Assembly: GCA_964563615.1 (NCBI GenBank)
Contig: CAZLWF010000002.1
Coordinates: 1,859 to 65,858, forward strand
DNA: 64,000 nt
Direction of reading: 5' to 3'
Origin: an uncultured Candidatus Saccharibacteria bacterium
GTDB taxonomy: Bacteria > Patescibacteriota > Minisyncoccia > Phycocordibacterales > UBA9973
The stretch's first letter is position 1; each line of letters begins with the position of its first letter. Below are positions 9,743 through 17,965 of this stretch, piece by piece. Position numbers and translations under genes: made by a program. The notes under the pieces were generated by a model, which ran no database searches, had not been told where the DNA came from, and was given only the letters and a program-made list of their open reading frames with translations.

Positions 9743-11035
9743 TTATTCCGGCGCAGCTTCGAGCTTGATCTGCACCGTTTTCTCTACCCCTTTTGATAAG
9801 ATTTTGAGCGTCACCGTATCCCCCACTTTTTTATCACGTATCATGAGCGCCAGACTATGATCTTCATCAAGTTTAACGCCATCGAGCTCAAGGATAATAT
9901 CGTTCTCGACGATGCCTACTTTATCAGCCGGTGATCCTGGTATTACCGCCAAGTCATTTTTATCTTCACCCCGTTGAATAAGAACTCCATAGTCAACAGC
10001 AAGTTTATTAGCATCTTTGAGCTCTGGTGTAATCTCTGTATACCTGATACCTAGGTAGGGTCTTATGATTTTGCCAGTTTCTTTGACAGAACTAATAACT
10101 GATTTGACGCTATTGATAGGTAATGCAAAGCCGATATTAGACGAACCTTGCACGACAGCGACATTAATACCAATCACTTGTCCGCGAAGATTGAGGAGTG
10201 GCCCACCAGAGTTACCTGGATTAATAGCTGCATCAGTCTGGATGACGCGATCAAGCTGTTCGCTGGCACCTAAACCATCACCTGCCACAATCGAACGCGA
10301 TAATCCTGACACCACACCAACTGATACAGAATTTTTAAATTCGGCCAACGCATTCCCAATAGCGACCACTGACTGCCCGAGTTCGAGCGAATCAGAATCA
10401 CCAAGCTCAAGATACGGCAACCCACCTATCGGTGCATCAATCTTAATCACTGCAATATCGAGTATTTGGTCACGAGCTAAAACTTTAGCAGTGTATTTTT
10501 TGCCATCATTGGTATAGACAGTGTAGTCTGCATCTTCATCCGCAACAACGTGACGATTGGTCACTACTAACCCATCAGAGGTTATGATAAATCCTGATCC
10601 ACCACCAACTTCTTTCTTCTCGGTACCATTTTGCTTTTGTTGTGGGACTTGCTGTTGGAAGAATTGATTAAAGAAATCATTACTACCAAACATATCACCA
10701 AAAGGATTAGTCGGTGATGGCGAATAATATGTCTCGTAGGTGGGCACGTCTTTGGTGATGGTAATAGACACCACAGCAGGATTAGCACGTTTAACAGCAT
10801 TGACGACAAATGATTCTTCAGTAAATGGCACAGTCGAGCTTCCATCGAAGAGATTTTCATTTGTTTGAGCCATGTAGCTCCCGGCGAGCAAACTAATGAT
10901 TTTCGTACGATTACCCCAAAGGAGACCCCCGACAATCACCATCACGACAAGTGTCGTTGCGAGAGCAACAAGTCCCATTTCGATGTATTTTTTTGGTAAT
11001 GGTTTTATTTTAAATTCTCGTGGGTTCGTAGACAT
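9743..11035 (-). CDS. htrA: HtrA/DegP-family serine protease with PDZ domain, membrane anchored
   Basis: Trypsin-like catalytic triad region with GNSGGPLLN and a C-terminal PDZ domain. It has an N-terminal TM. Confidence 0.85.
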   Translation of the reverse strand: MSTNPREFKIKPLPKKYIEMGLVALATTLVVMVIVGGLLWGNRTKIISLLAGSYMAQTNENLFDGSSTVPFTEESFVVNAVKRANPAVVSITITKDVPTYETYYSPSPTNPFGDMFGSNDFFNQFFQQQVPQQKQNGTEKKEVGGGSGFIITSDGLVVTNRHVVADEDADYTVYTNDGKKYTAKVLARDQILDIAVIKIDAPIGGLPYLELGDSDSLELGQSVVAIGNALAEFKNSVSVGVVSGLSRSIVAGDGLGASEQLDRVIQTDAAINPGNSGGPLLNLRGQVIGINVAVVQGSSNIGFALPINSVKSVISSVKETGKIIRPYLGIRYTEITPELKDANKLAVDYGVLIQRGEDKNDLAVIPGSPADKVGIVENDIILELDGVKLDEDHSLALMIRDKKVGDTVTLKILSKGVEKTVQIKLEAAPE

Positions 11036-11088
11036 ATATTCTATATTTTAATTGAGGCTTATAATCTGTCAATTTTAATTTAAAAAGA

Positions 11089-11895
11089 TTAAGACTTCAT
11101 GAAGAAACGGTTCGATTTGATTTCAATAAAACCATCGTTAGTAAGTCCAGTAATGATTTTTGTAATGCGTGCTTTATTTTCATTTGTTTTAGTAATAATA
11201 CTCTCTAATGTTTCAGATTTCTGAAGTAGAAGTTTAAGTATGGCGCCACGGATTTTCCTATCAGATCCTTGGAATTTTGATTGTTTAGTATAGTACCTGG
11301 TTTTATTGAGATACCCTTTCCCTTCCCGCTTGAGCATTGCACCATAGTCCATGAGTGCTTGATACCACTCACGCAGATTTTCCAAGTACATAACGTTCTC
11401 TCCCATAGTGAGAAGTTCCTTGTCAGTTATTTTTGTTTTGCGATCAGTAAAGAAAAAGTGAATATATACTGAGCGGATATTCGTCTCGATGAAATTGTCA
11501 GGCTCATTAAAAGCAAATGCCCGTATTGCACCTGCGGTATATGGACCAATAGCTGGAAGTGCGACCAGAGCTTCTTTGGATCTCGGCACTTTACCAGCAT
11601 GTTCCAAGACAATTGCTTTCACTGCTCTATGTAAATTGAGTGCACGGCGATTGTATCCGAGACCACTCCAGAGCATGAGGACATCTTTTTGTGATGCATG
11701 TGCTAAGGCATGAACGGTTGGGAACTTTTTGATAAAGGCATTGAATTTAGGCACGACACGATCTGCCTGAGTTTGCTGCAACATAACTTCAGATACTAGA
11801 ATTTTATATGGATTGTGAGTTTGGCGCCAAGGAAACTTCCGTCCATGAGTCCTATAATAATCTAAAATTGTTTTCTGAAATATTTTCACCTTCAT
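11089..11895 (-). CDS. HhH-GPD base-excision DNA glycosylase (MutY/Nth-like)
   Basis: The start is taken as the internal MKVKIFQ. The HhH-GPD region is LWSGLGYNRRALNLHRAVKAI. No obvious Cys4 cluster was seen. Confidence 0.6.
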   Translation of the reverse strand: MKVKIFQKTILDYYRTHGRKFPWRQTHNPYKILVSEVMLQQTQADRVVPKFNAFIKKFPTVHALAHASQKDVLMLWSGLGYNRRALNLHRAVKAIVLEHAGKVPRSKEALVALPAIGPYTAGAIRAFAFNEPDNFIETNIRSVYIHFFFTDRKTKITDKELLTMGENVMYLENLREWYQALMDYGAMLKREGKGYLNKTRYYTKQSKFQGSDRKIRGAILKLLLQKSETLESIITKTNENKARITKIITGLTNDGFIEIKSNRFFMKS

Positions 11896-12137
11896 ACGAG
11901 GAGTGTAACATAAAAAGTAAGGCAAAATTTCTAAAATTTATTTTGGAAGTAATGTATATTTTGATATACTTTTTCTTGCTGCTCGAACTAAGTAGAGCAC
12001 ACATTGGTTAGTGCGACCGTCCATTTCGATGGGTTTGTCAATCTCACCGAGACCGTCCCGATAAAAACTCCGGGGCGGTTTTTTATGACATATTTTGAAT
12101 TTATGAAACCAAGTAGTACAATGACTGAAAAAAAATA

Positions 12138-12389
12138 ATGGCAACATTTTTCTTAAACGATACTCAGGCAAATGATTATTTTACAAAAGAGATCAGGCAC
12201 ATACTATCATTACCTGAAGATACCGAAGCAAATCAGAGATTCGCGAACTTATTGAGTGAATACCCGTCTTCACAGAAAATTGTATTGCTTTGGAATACAA
12301 CACATGAGTTGTCATATCAATGCAACCCACCACAATACCGTACCAAGAAAATATTCAATATGATTATTGGTAAAGTAAGAAGCAAATGA
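12138..12389 (+). CDS. Hypothetical protein
   Basis: 83-aa ORF followed by a terminator. No recognisable motif. Confidence 0.3.
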   Translation: MATFFLNDTQANDYFTKEIRHILSLPEDTEANQRFANLLSEYPSSQKIVLLWNTTHELSYQCNPPQYRTKKIFNMIIGKVRSK

Positions 12390-12414
12390 CATTACGAGTA
12401 GAGACAAATTTACC

Positions 12415-12445
12415 AGCCCATTATTATGTGGGCTTTTTATTTTCT
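12415..12445 (+). terminator. Intrinsic terminator
   Basis: agccca-ttattatg-tgggct hairpin followed by tttttatttt. Confidence 0.55.
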
Positions 12446-12481
12446 TGAAAAAAAGCCTCTTTTCCTGTATGGTTGACCTAT

Positions 12482-12552
12482 TGCGGGATCGTCTAATGGT
12501 AGGACTACGGTTTCTGGAACCGTGTATCTTGGTTCGAGTCCAAGTCCCGCAG
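12482..12552 (+). tRNA. tRNA-Gln (anticodon CTG)
   Basis: Cloverleaf folds. Acceptor is TGCGGGA/TCCCGCA, anticodon stem-loop is ACGGT-TTCTGGA-ACCGT, T-arm is CTTGG-TTCGAGT-CCAAG. No CCA is encoded. Confidence 0.8.
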
Positions 12553-12618
12553 CTCGTAAGTTTGGTATAATTAAGTTATTAAGAAGTATTGTTTTTAAAA
12601 TGAATTACTATTCTGAAA

Positions 12619-13269
12619 ATGGAAACTACACAAAAAATTAATGAACATCTAGAGCCAGTTTTTAAGGAAGTATTGCCTGCAATCTCTAATACTGGAATCA
12701 AATACTGGGTATTTGGAGGTGTTGGAGTAGCAGGGATAAATGGAAAATATATAAGAGAGAATCAAGATATAGACATTTATGTTCAAGAAGAGGATTTTTG
12801 GAAACTTGAACCAATACTGAAGGATCTTGTAGAAAAGCACGGGGCATGGGATGGGGATAATTGGACACTGACTTATTCAATGCTGAAAAGACATAAGCGT
12901 CCTAAATTTGCCTTGAATATAAAGAAAGTAGAGCGCTTCGAAGTTATTCCAGTTTATAGAATTCCTGGAGGTATAGAAGTCAGGGTTACAGATCCGACGA
13001 CTTTATCTGAGGATGCTCTTATTCAGGAAGAAAAATATTTAGATGGACAGCAATTCTTTTCGGCGCCGAAGAGTGTAATGAAAAAAATACTTAGAGATAT
13101 GGTGGAAGTATGTATTAAAAACTATAACAAAACCGAGCATATTAAAGAGGATAATAAATATTATAAATATATAGTGGATATGCGTTCTTTGTTCCCTGAA
13201 GACGTTGTCCGTGATGTAATAGAAAGGTTTAATAAAAAGGCTGATGAAAACAAGAGTAAACAGAGTTAG
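12619..13269 (+). CDS. Nucleotidyltransferase of the Lnu(A)/ANT(2'')-like family
   Basis: IKYWVFGGVGVAGINGKYIRENQDIDIYV matches the YW..GG.GV....GK..RE..DIDI core of lincosamide/aminoglycoside nucleotidyltransferases. A C-terminal extension is present. Confidence 0.5.
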   Translation: METTQKINEHLEPVFKEVLPAISNTGIKYWVFGGVGVAGINGKYIRENQDIDIYVQEEDFWKLEPILKDLVEKHGAWDGDNWTLTYSMLKRHKRPKFALNIKKVERFEVIPVYRIPGGIEVRVTDPTTLSEDALIQEEKYLDGQQFFSAPKSVMKKILRDMVEVCIKNYNKTEHIKEDNKYYKYIVDMRSLFPEDVVRDVIERFNKKADENKSKQS

Positions 13270-13350
13270 GTCGTAGGTCTTTGGCTTAAAAAGGTTCCAA
13301 CTTCGCCCCAGACGGCCAGCAAATAAGTTTTGATATAATCAAAATACGAA

Positions 13351-13704
13351 ATGAAATATTGGATCACAAGACTTTCCCATCCTCTCCGTGGACTAAAATA
13401 TGCTTTTACCCGCGACTTCGCTGTCCGCTTTGAAACAATTGTGTTTGGAATTATTGGAATACCAACTGTATACTTCTTGTTCGGACCATTATCGGCTCAA
13501 GAACTCCTGCTCCTTATATTTTGTTGGTTTTTCATTGTAGTTACCGAAATCCAAAATACAGCTATCGAAATAGCTCTTACAAAACTTCACCCCGAACACG
13601 ATGAAGCAATCGGTCGAAGTAAAGATTTGTCTTCTGGAGCCGTGGTAGTGGCATTCATATTTGGGTTAATTAGCCTCGCCTTTGTAGTTAGTGGCAAGCT
13701 GTAA
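13351..13704 (+). CDS. dgkA: Diacylglycerol kinase / undecaprenol kinase (DgkA family)
   Basis: 117 aa with 3 TM. The motif EIQNTAIEIALTKLHPEHDEAIGRSKDLSSGAVVVA matches the DgkA signature. Confidence 0.7.
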   Translation: MKYWITRLSHPLRGLKYAFTRDFAVRFETIVFGIIGIPTVYFLFGPLSAQELLLLIFCWFFIVVTEIQNTAIEIALTKLHPEHDEAIGRSKDLSSGAVVVAFIFGLISLAFVVSGKL

Positions 13705-13766
13705 AAATGTCTCAACTTCTCAAAACAGCCAACAAACACATTTTAAACTAGTTCTCTGATACAATA

Positions 13767-14555
13767 TTGGGAATGTACTCAATTGGCATAGATCAAAATA
13801 GAGTTCTAATTCGAGAAGCATCTCCTGAAAAGATTACAGGCAGGTGGAGAGAAGTCGTTGATGAAATTATAGAAACGTGTAAAGAATATTTGGATTCTCA
13901 TCTTATTTCCTTATATATTGGGGGCAGTGTTGCCCATGGAAGCGCCACAGAAAATAAATCTGATGTAGATTCATATGCAATAGTAAATTTAACCAGAGAT
14001 GAGATTACAGATGCTTACAATAATTGGGTAGGAAGCGAGAAAAAAAGGATTGACATACTTTTCCCTTTCCAGCGAGGAGTAGAGATACATCTTATTCCCA
14101 TATCTCAAATCGGTGAGTCCAAGAAATTTCAAATGAAAGTTTTCTCAACTTTGGTTTATGGAAAAGATTTTGATATGGAACTTCCAGAGTATAAGCTTGA
14201 TAAAGAAACAATTGGCCAAATAAGAGTTAATCTCGGTAGAGACATAGAAATTGCACGGAAAGAATTGAGTGACGCAAATGACCCCAAGGAAATCAAGAAA
14301 ATAAGTGCATGGATTTCAAAGCGACTTATCCGTAGTGCTGGCATGATGTGTATATGGGGAGGAAATATCTTTACAATGGATATTCCCTTTCTTGTAGAAA
14401 TGTTTACATCCTATTATCCACAACAGGCCGAGCATTTACATAAGCTCCTTGAATATACAGAAAATCCGAGCTCAGAAAAACAACTAATGATTAATCTTTT
14501 TGATTCATTTGGAGTTTGGTTGATAGAGGAAGATAAGAAGATTTTTCAAGCTTAG
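13767..14555 (+). CDS. Nucleotidyltransferase-domain protein (AadA/KNTase-like architecture)
   Basis: LYIGGSVAHGSATENKSDVDSYAIV is a polymerase-beta-type NTase motif (GS...D.D), followed by a ~150-aa helical domain as in ANT(3'')/DUF4111 proteins. Confidence 0.45.
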   Translation: MGMYSIGIDQNRVLIREASPEKITGRWREVVDEIIETCKEYLDSHLISLYIGGSVAHGSATENKSDVDSYAIVNLTRDEITDAYNNWVGSEKKRIDILFPFQRGVEIHLIPISQIGESKKFQMKVFSTLVYGKDFDMELPEYKLDKETIGQIRVNLGRDIEIARKELSDANDPKEIKKISAWISKRLIRSAGMMCIWGGNIFTMDIPFLVEMFTSYYPQQAEHLHKLLEYTENPSSEKQLMINLFDSFGVWLIEEDKKIFQA

Positions 14556-14605
14556 TCTTATTAATAAAATTTTAATATTTATCAAACTACAACAAAAAAA
14601 TATCC

Positions 14606-15040
14606 ATGGCCGAAATAAAAACAAAAGTGAATAAGGCGAGCGTAAAGAAATTTTTGAATACAATCAAAGATGCAGAAAAGCGCAAAGATTGTTTTGCAAT
14701 TTCAGAAATGATGGAGAAAGCAACTAAAGCTAAACCAGAAATGTGGGGCGCATCGATCGTCGGCTTTGGTCGCAGGAAATATACCTATGCAAATGGTAAA
14801 GAAGCAGAATGGATGGTGATCGGTTTTTCCCCACGCAAACAAAACATTGCTCTCTATGGTTTAAAGGTTTTTACCATGACGCATGGTGGTTTAAAAGAAA
14901 AGAAAGGAGAAAATGATTTCCTCTTAAAATTAGGCAAGTACAAAGAAGGTGGAGGGTGCCTCTACATCAACAAGCTTTCTGATATTAATACGAAAGAACT
15001 AGAGAAAATTATCAAACTTGCAGCAAAGCGCAAGAAATAA
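14606..15040 (+). CDS. DUF1801 (YdhG-like) domain protein
   Basis: 144 aa. Pattern resembles the DUF1801 family. No catalytic motif. Confidence 0.4.
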   Translation: MAEIKTKVNKASVKKFLNTIKDAEKRKDCFAISEMMEKATKAKPEMWGASIVGFGRRKYTYANGKEAEWMVIGFSPRKQNIALYGLKVFTMTHGGLKEKKGENDFLLKLGKYKEGGGCLYINKLSDINTKELEKIIKLAAKRKK

Positions 15041-15053
15041 GAGTTTGAACTAT

Positions 15054-15465
15054 ATGGAAAATGATTTTCATGGGGTAAAGATCGCCCTACTCGTTGGTGA
15101 CAAAATTTTAATGCATCTTAGGGATAACAAGCCTGGATTGTTTAATGCCAATATGTGGGATTTTGTAGGCGGAGGAAGTAGAAGGAACAGAGAGTTCCCG
15201 AGAATGCGCTATCCGTGAAGTACAGGAAGAACTTGGTATAGCCCTATCACCTCAATCTTTTCTTTGGGAAAAAGTATATCCAGCCCAAAAAGATCCAAAT
15301 CAAAAAGCAGTATTCATGGTTGCCAAAATTACTGAAGCAGATATACATGGAATAGTTTTAACTGAAGGTCAAAAATGGGAGCTTTTCGATCAAGATACAT
15401 TTTTTGTAAAGGAAGATGTAATCCCAGCTTTAAAAACTAGATTTAATGATTATTTGGCAACGTAA
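15054..15465 (+). pseudogene. NUDIX hydrolase interrupted by a +1 frameshift
   Basis: Frame 1 (MENDFHGVKIALLVGDKILMHL...WDFVGGG) stops at 15218. The next frame continues through a complete Nudix box (G-GVEGT-E-SSRECAI-REVQEELGI) and ends at 15465. One extra A near 15172-15176 would explain the shift. Confidence 0.55.
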
Positions 15466-16195
15466 GCATCGTCCCATTATTCATTTTTTCCCAAGTAAAA
15501 CCCTGTATATCTAGTGCTTCAGAACAGAGGATCGTCATAGCATTTTTTGTGCCTTTGTAAAAAGTATAGTATTCATCTAATTTGAGGGCATCACGTTCAG
15601 GATCTTTTTCGTTCCATAAATAGTGAAGTATAGTACCCTCTTTGGTTTTGAGTAAACATGTTAGGGATGTCCATTCACTAATCTTTTGAATTTCGATAAC
15701 TTCATCCTTAATCGCCTTTTCAAACATAGCGAGACTACCATCCCCCAATTGGCCATCTATGCGATCAAGAATGCGCAAAAAGAAAGTTTCAGAATCCGTA
15801 TGACCTTCACGCAAGTGCCTATCGTTAGTAAAAACCGTACTTTTAAAAGCATGTATCGAGCCATTGTGGCAAAAGCATATGCCGGAACGCAGGAAAGGGT
15901 GTGTATTACAAATAGCTTTGGTGCCGACGGTAGCTTTGCGCAAATGAGCGATCACCTGCCCATCACCTGAAACAGATTTAGCCGATGAAATAACTATCTC
16001 TCCATCAATAGGTTCAATTGAGCGGATATATACTTCATGCGCTTTGTTTGAGCTATGTATACCCCAACCATCTTGGTGCCCAGGCTCAATACCGCACGGC
16101 ACGCAACCTTTGTCTGCTAACACAGCAAATGCCATAAGAGCATCTCGGTACTCCTGGCTGTCTGTATTTCCACTAAAAGCAAATAATCTACACAT
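15443..16195 (-). CDS. Class II (Ntn) glutamine amidotransferase, YafJ-like, stand-alone
   Basis: It starts MCRLFAFSG, with the nucleophile Cys at position 2. The GATase-2 fold pattern includes DGWGI and NTHPF. No synthase domain is attached. Confidence 0.65.
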   Translation of the reverse strand: MCRLFAFSGNTDSQEYRDALMAFAVLADKGCVPCGIEPGHQDGWGIHSSNKAHEVYIRSIEPIDGEIVISSAKSVSGDGQVIAHLRKATVGTKAICNTHPFLRSGICFCHNGSIHAFKSTVFTNDRHLREGHTDSETFFLRILDRIDGQLGDGSLAMFEKAIKDEVIEIQKISEWTSLTCLLKTKEGTILHYLWNEKDPERDALKLDEYYTFYKGTKNAMTILCSEALDIQGFTWEKMNNGTMLTLPNNH

Positions 16196-16246
16196 AGGTT
16201 TGAGTATAGCAAAAAAGCACGAATATCAAATTCGTGCTTTTAAATT

Positions 16247-17278
16247 CTATATAACAACAAGCGGCCCACAAACAGCATCAGAGGCACCATGAATTTTACG
16301 GCAGTTGGGCCTCGCTTCCCATTGCCCACCAATCACTTTGTATGCTCTACTCGCCATATCAAATACTAAATAACATCTCCTGATCATAGCGTATTCAGTT
16401 GGTAGGAATCCTGGCGATTCTGGTTCATAATAGTTCTGTAAATACTCTACTCTAAGATGTGCAATAGCATCTTCAATTTTTTTCCTTGTTGAAAATCCAT
16501 TGGTTGGCTTTTTAGGGTGATAGAGGTGTACATTTTCACAACGGCATCCAAATCCTGGCTTCACAACAAATGGTTTATCCCATGGAACTTTTCCTTCTAT
16601 TCTGTATCCACCACCTTCAGATAAAGGCACTTCAATTGTTGAATGTTTTATTTCACTCCATAGCCCTAATTTCACACCATATGATTTATCTCCTTCGTAC
16701 TCGATAGTCGTAAGTGAATACGGAGACATTGCATAGTACTCTTTCTCATCTCGGAGTGTTCGTACAAACCAAATTGTATCTTCTGGATTTGTAGGTACTT
16801 CACCAAAAACCATACGCACGTCGAGTAAATCGAAATCTTTGAACCTTTGTACCCAGAAGAAATCATCTGAGTTAAACATGCGTTCTTGCGACACACAAAT
16901 ACCGAGTGGCTTATTGGCATATCCGCTTATGTTCCTTAGTGTCTCCACAAAAGCTTGGAAGGCTTTTGCTGATGCTAATGCATCGATTTCAAAACCTGCC
17001 GGTCTATCTTCGATTTCATACACATTAACCTTGCCCTCAAAGCTAACAGTGTAGTCGACCCGAATAACGACACTTGGCACCCCAAATACGTCAGTCATCC
17101 AATTTGCATGTTTTGGATTAAAAGCTACTGGCCACTGATTAGCAAGTGACTCCAATTGGCTTTTTTCTGATGCATAGATTGGGACTTCAATTGGTAAAAT
17201 TCGTATCTTCCAATTGCCTACAGTAAATGTTTTAACAATTTCCGGTAGAAATGATGGTCTGCTAGTTGTTTTTTGCAT
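16247..17278 (-). CDS. Hypothetical enzyme, probable circularly permuted ATP-grasp-like amide ligase
   Basis: An ATP-grasp C-terminal-type motif, IRVDYTVSFEGKVNVYEIEDRPAG, sits near the N-terminus (compare RIDF....LLEINTSPG of D-Ala-D-Ala ligase). A VVKPGFGCRCENV motif (VVKP..G..GV type) sits near the C-terminus. Confidence 0.4.
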   Translation of the reverse strand: MQKTTSRPSFLPEIVKTFTVGNWKIRILPIEVPIYASEKSQLESLANQWPVAFNPKHANWMTDVFGVPSVVIRVDYTVSFEGKVNVYEIEDRPAGFEIDALASAKAFQAFVETLRNISGYANKPLGICVSQERMFNSDDFFWVQRFKDFDLLDVRMVFGEVPTNPEDTIWFVRTLRDEKEYYAMSPYSLTTIEYEGDKSYGVKLGLWSEIKHSTIEVPLSEGGGYRIEGKVPWDKPFVVKPGFGCRCENVHLYHPKKPTNGFSTRKKIEDAIAHLRVEYLQNYYEPESPGFLPTEYAMIRRCYLVFDMASRAYKVIGGQWEARPNCRKIHGASDAVCGPLVVI

Positions 17279-17317
17279 AGCTATTTTTTAAAGAACATGA
17301 TGTTTTATGTATGGGAC

Positions 17318-17350
17318 ACAAAACAAAACCCCCTCCATGACTTGGAGGAG
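17318..17350 (-). promoter_or_regulatory. Terminator-like hairpin in the 5' leader of the ATP-grasp-like gene
   Basis: On the minus-strand RNA the hairpin cctcca-agtca-tggagg is followed by ggguuuuguuuugugu. No upstream minus-strand gene is present for it to terminate. Confidence 0.35.
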
Positions 17351-17478
17351 GTTAGTGTAAATAGATATAGATTACACAATTAACAACAATCCACTCCGAG
17401 CCATGTTCCGGGTAGACATCGATACCAAACAAATTGTGTAAACGTTAAATGCATACTTTATATATACCACAGTGTGTA

Positions 17479-17495
17479 TTTGCATGCAATGCAAA
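17479..17495. promoter_or_regulatory. 7-3-7 inverted repeat tttgcat-gca-atgcaaa in a divergent promoter region
   Basis: Perfect palindrome about 55 bp upstream of the 17551 CDS. Confidence 0.35.
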
Positions 17496-17550
17496 TTAGT
17501 CTGTCAATGTTCGAGCAGATAGTACGAAATTCTGCTACAATCCAAACTAT

Positions 17551-17964
17551 ATGAAAATCGGCATTATTGGCAGCATGCAATATACAGAGAAAATGCTTGA
17601 ACTTAGAGCGAAGCTTATTGGACTTGGCCATGATGCCTTTATAACTGAACTACACCAACCTTTTATTGGGAAAACTGACGAAGAGATAGAGATTATTAAA
17701 ATAGACCAGAAAAATAACAAAGATGCTATTAGAGTTTTTTGGCGTGAAATGCAAGGAGCGGATGCTGTTCTTGTAGCTAATTATGATAAAAATAACATTA
17801 AAAACTACATTGGCGGTAATACACTTATGGAAATCGGCTTTGCTCATGTGCTTAATCAGAAAATATTTCTCTTAAACCCTATTCCCGATATTGCATTCTA
17901 CAAAACTGAAATTGAAGCAATGAAGCCAATTATTATCCATGGCGACGTAAGCCTCATCAATTAA
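17551..17964 (+). CDS. Nucleoside 2-deoxyribosyltransferase-like protein
   Basis: 137 aa. It starts MKIGIIGS, and ANYDKNNIKNYIGGNTLMEIGFA matches the D.GTAFEIGYA motif of the family. Confidence 0.45.
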   Translation: MKIGIIGSMQYTEKMLELRAKLIGLGHDAFITELHQPFIGKTDEEIEIIKIDQKNNKDAIRVFWREMQGADAVLVANYDKNNIKNYIGGNTLMEIGFAHVLNQKIFLLNPIPDIAFYKTEIEAMKPIIIHGDVSLIN

Positions 17965-17965
17965 T

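Noticed and set aside
12011-12090. Possible small RNA/terminator upstream of the glycosylase gene (repeated gaccgtcc, ccggggcgg + T-run)
   Set aside because: The stems are short and GC-poor and no convincing structure was found. It may be just promoter-proximal sequence.
12482-15465. Integrated genomic island at tRNA-Gln
   Set aside because: No direct repeat of the tRNA-Gln 3' end and no integrase gene were found within the window, so only an accessory-like cluster is reported.
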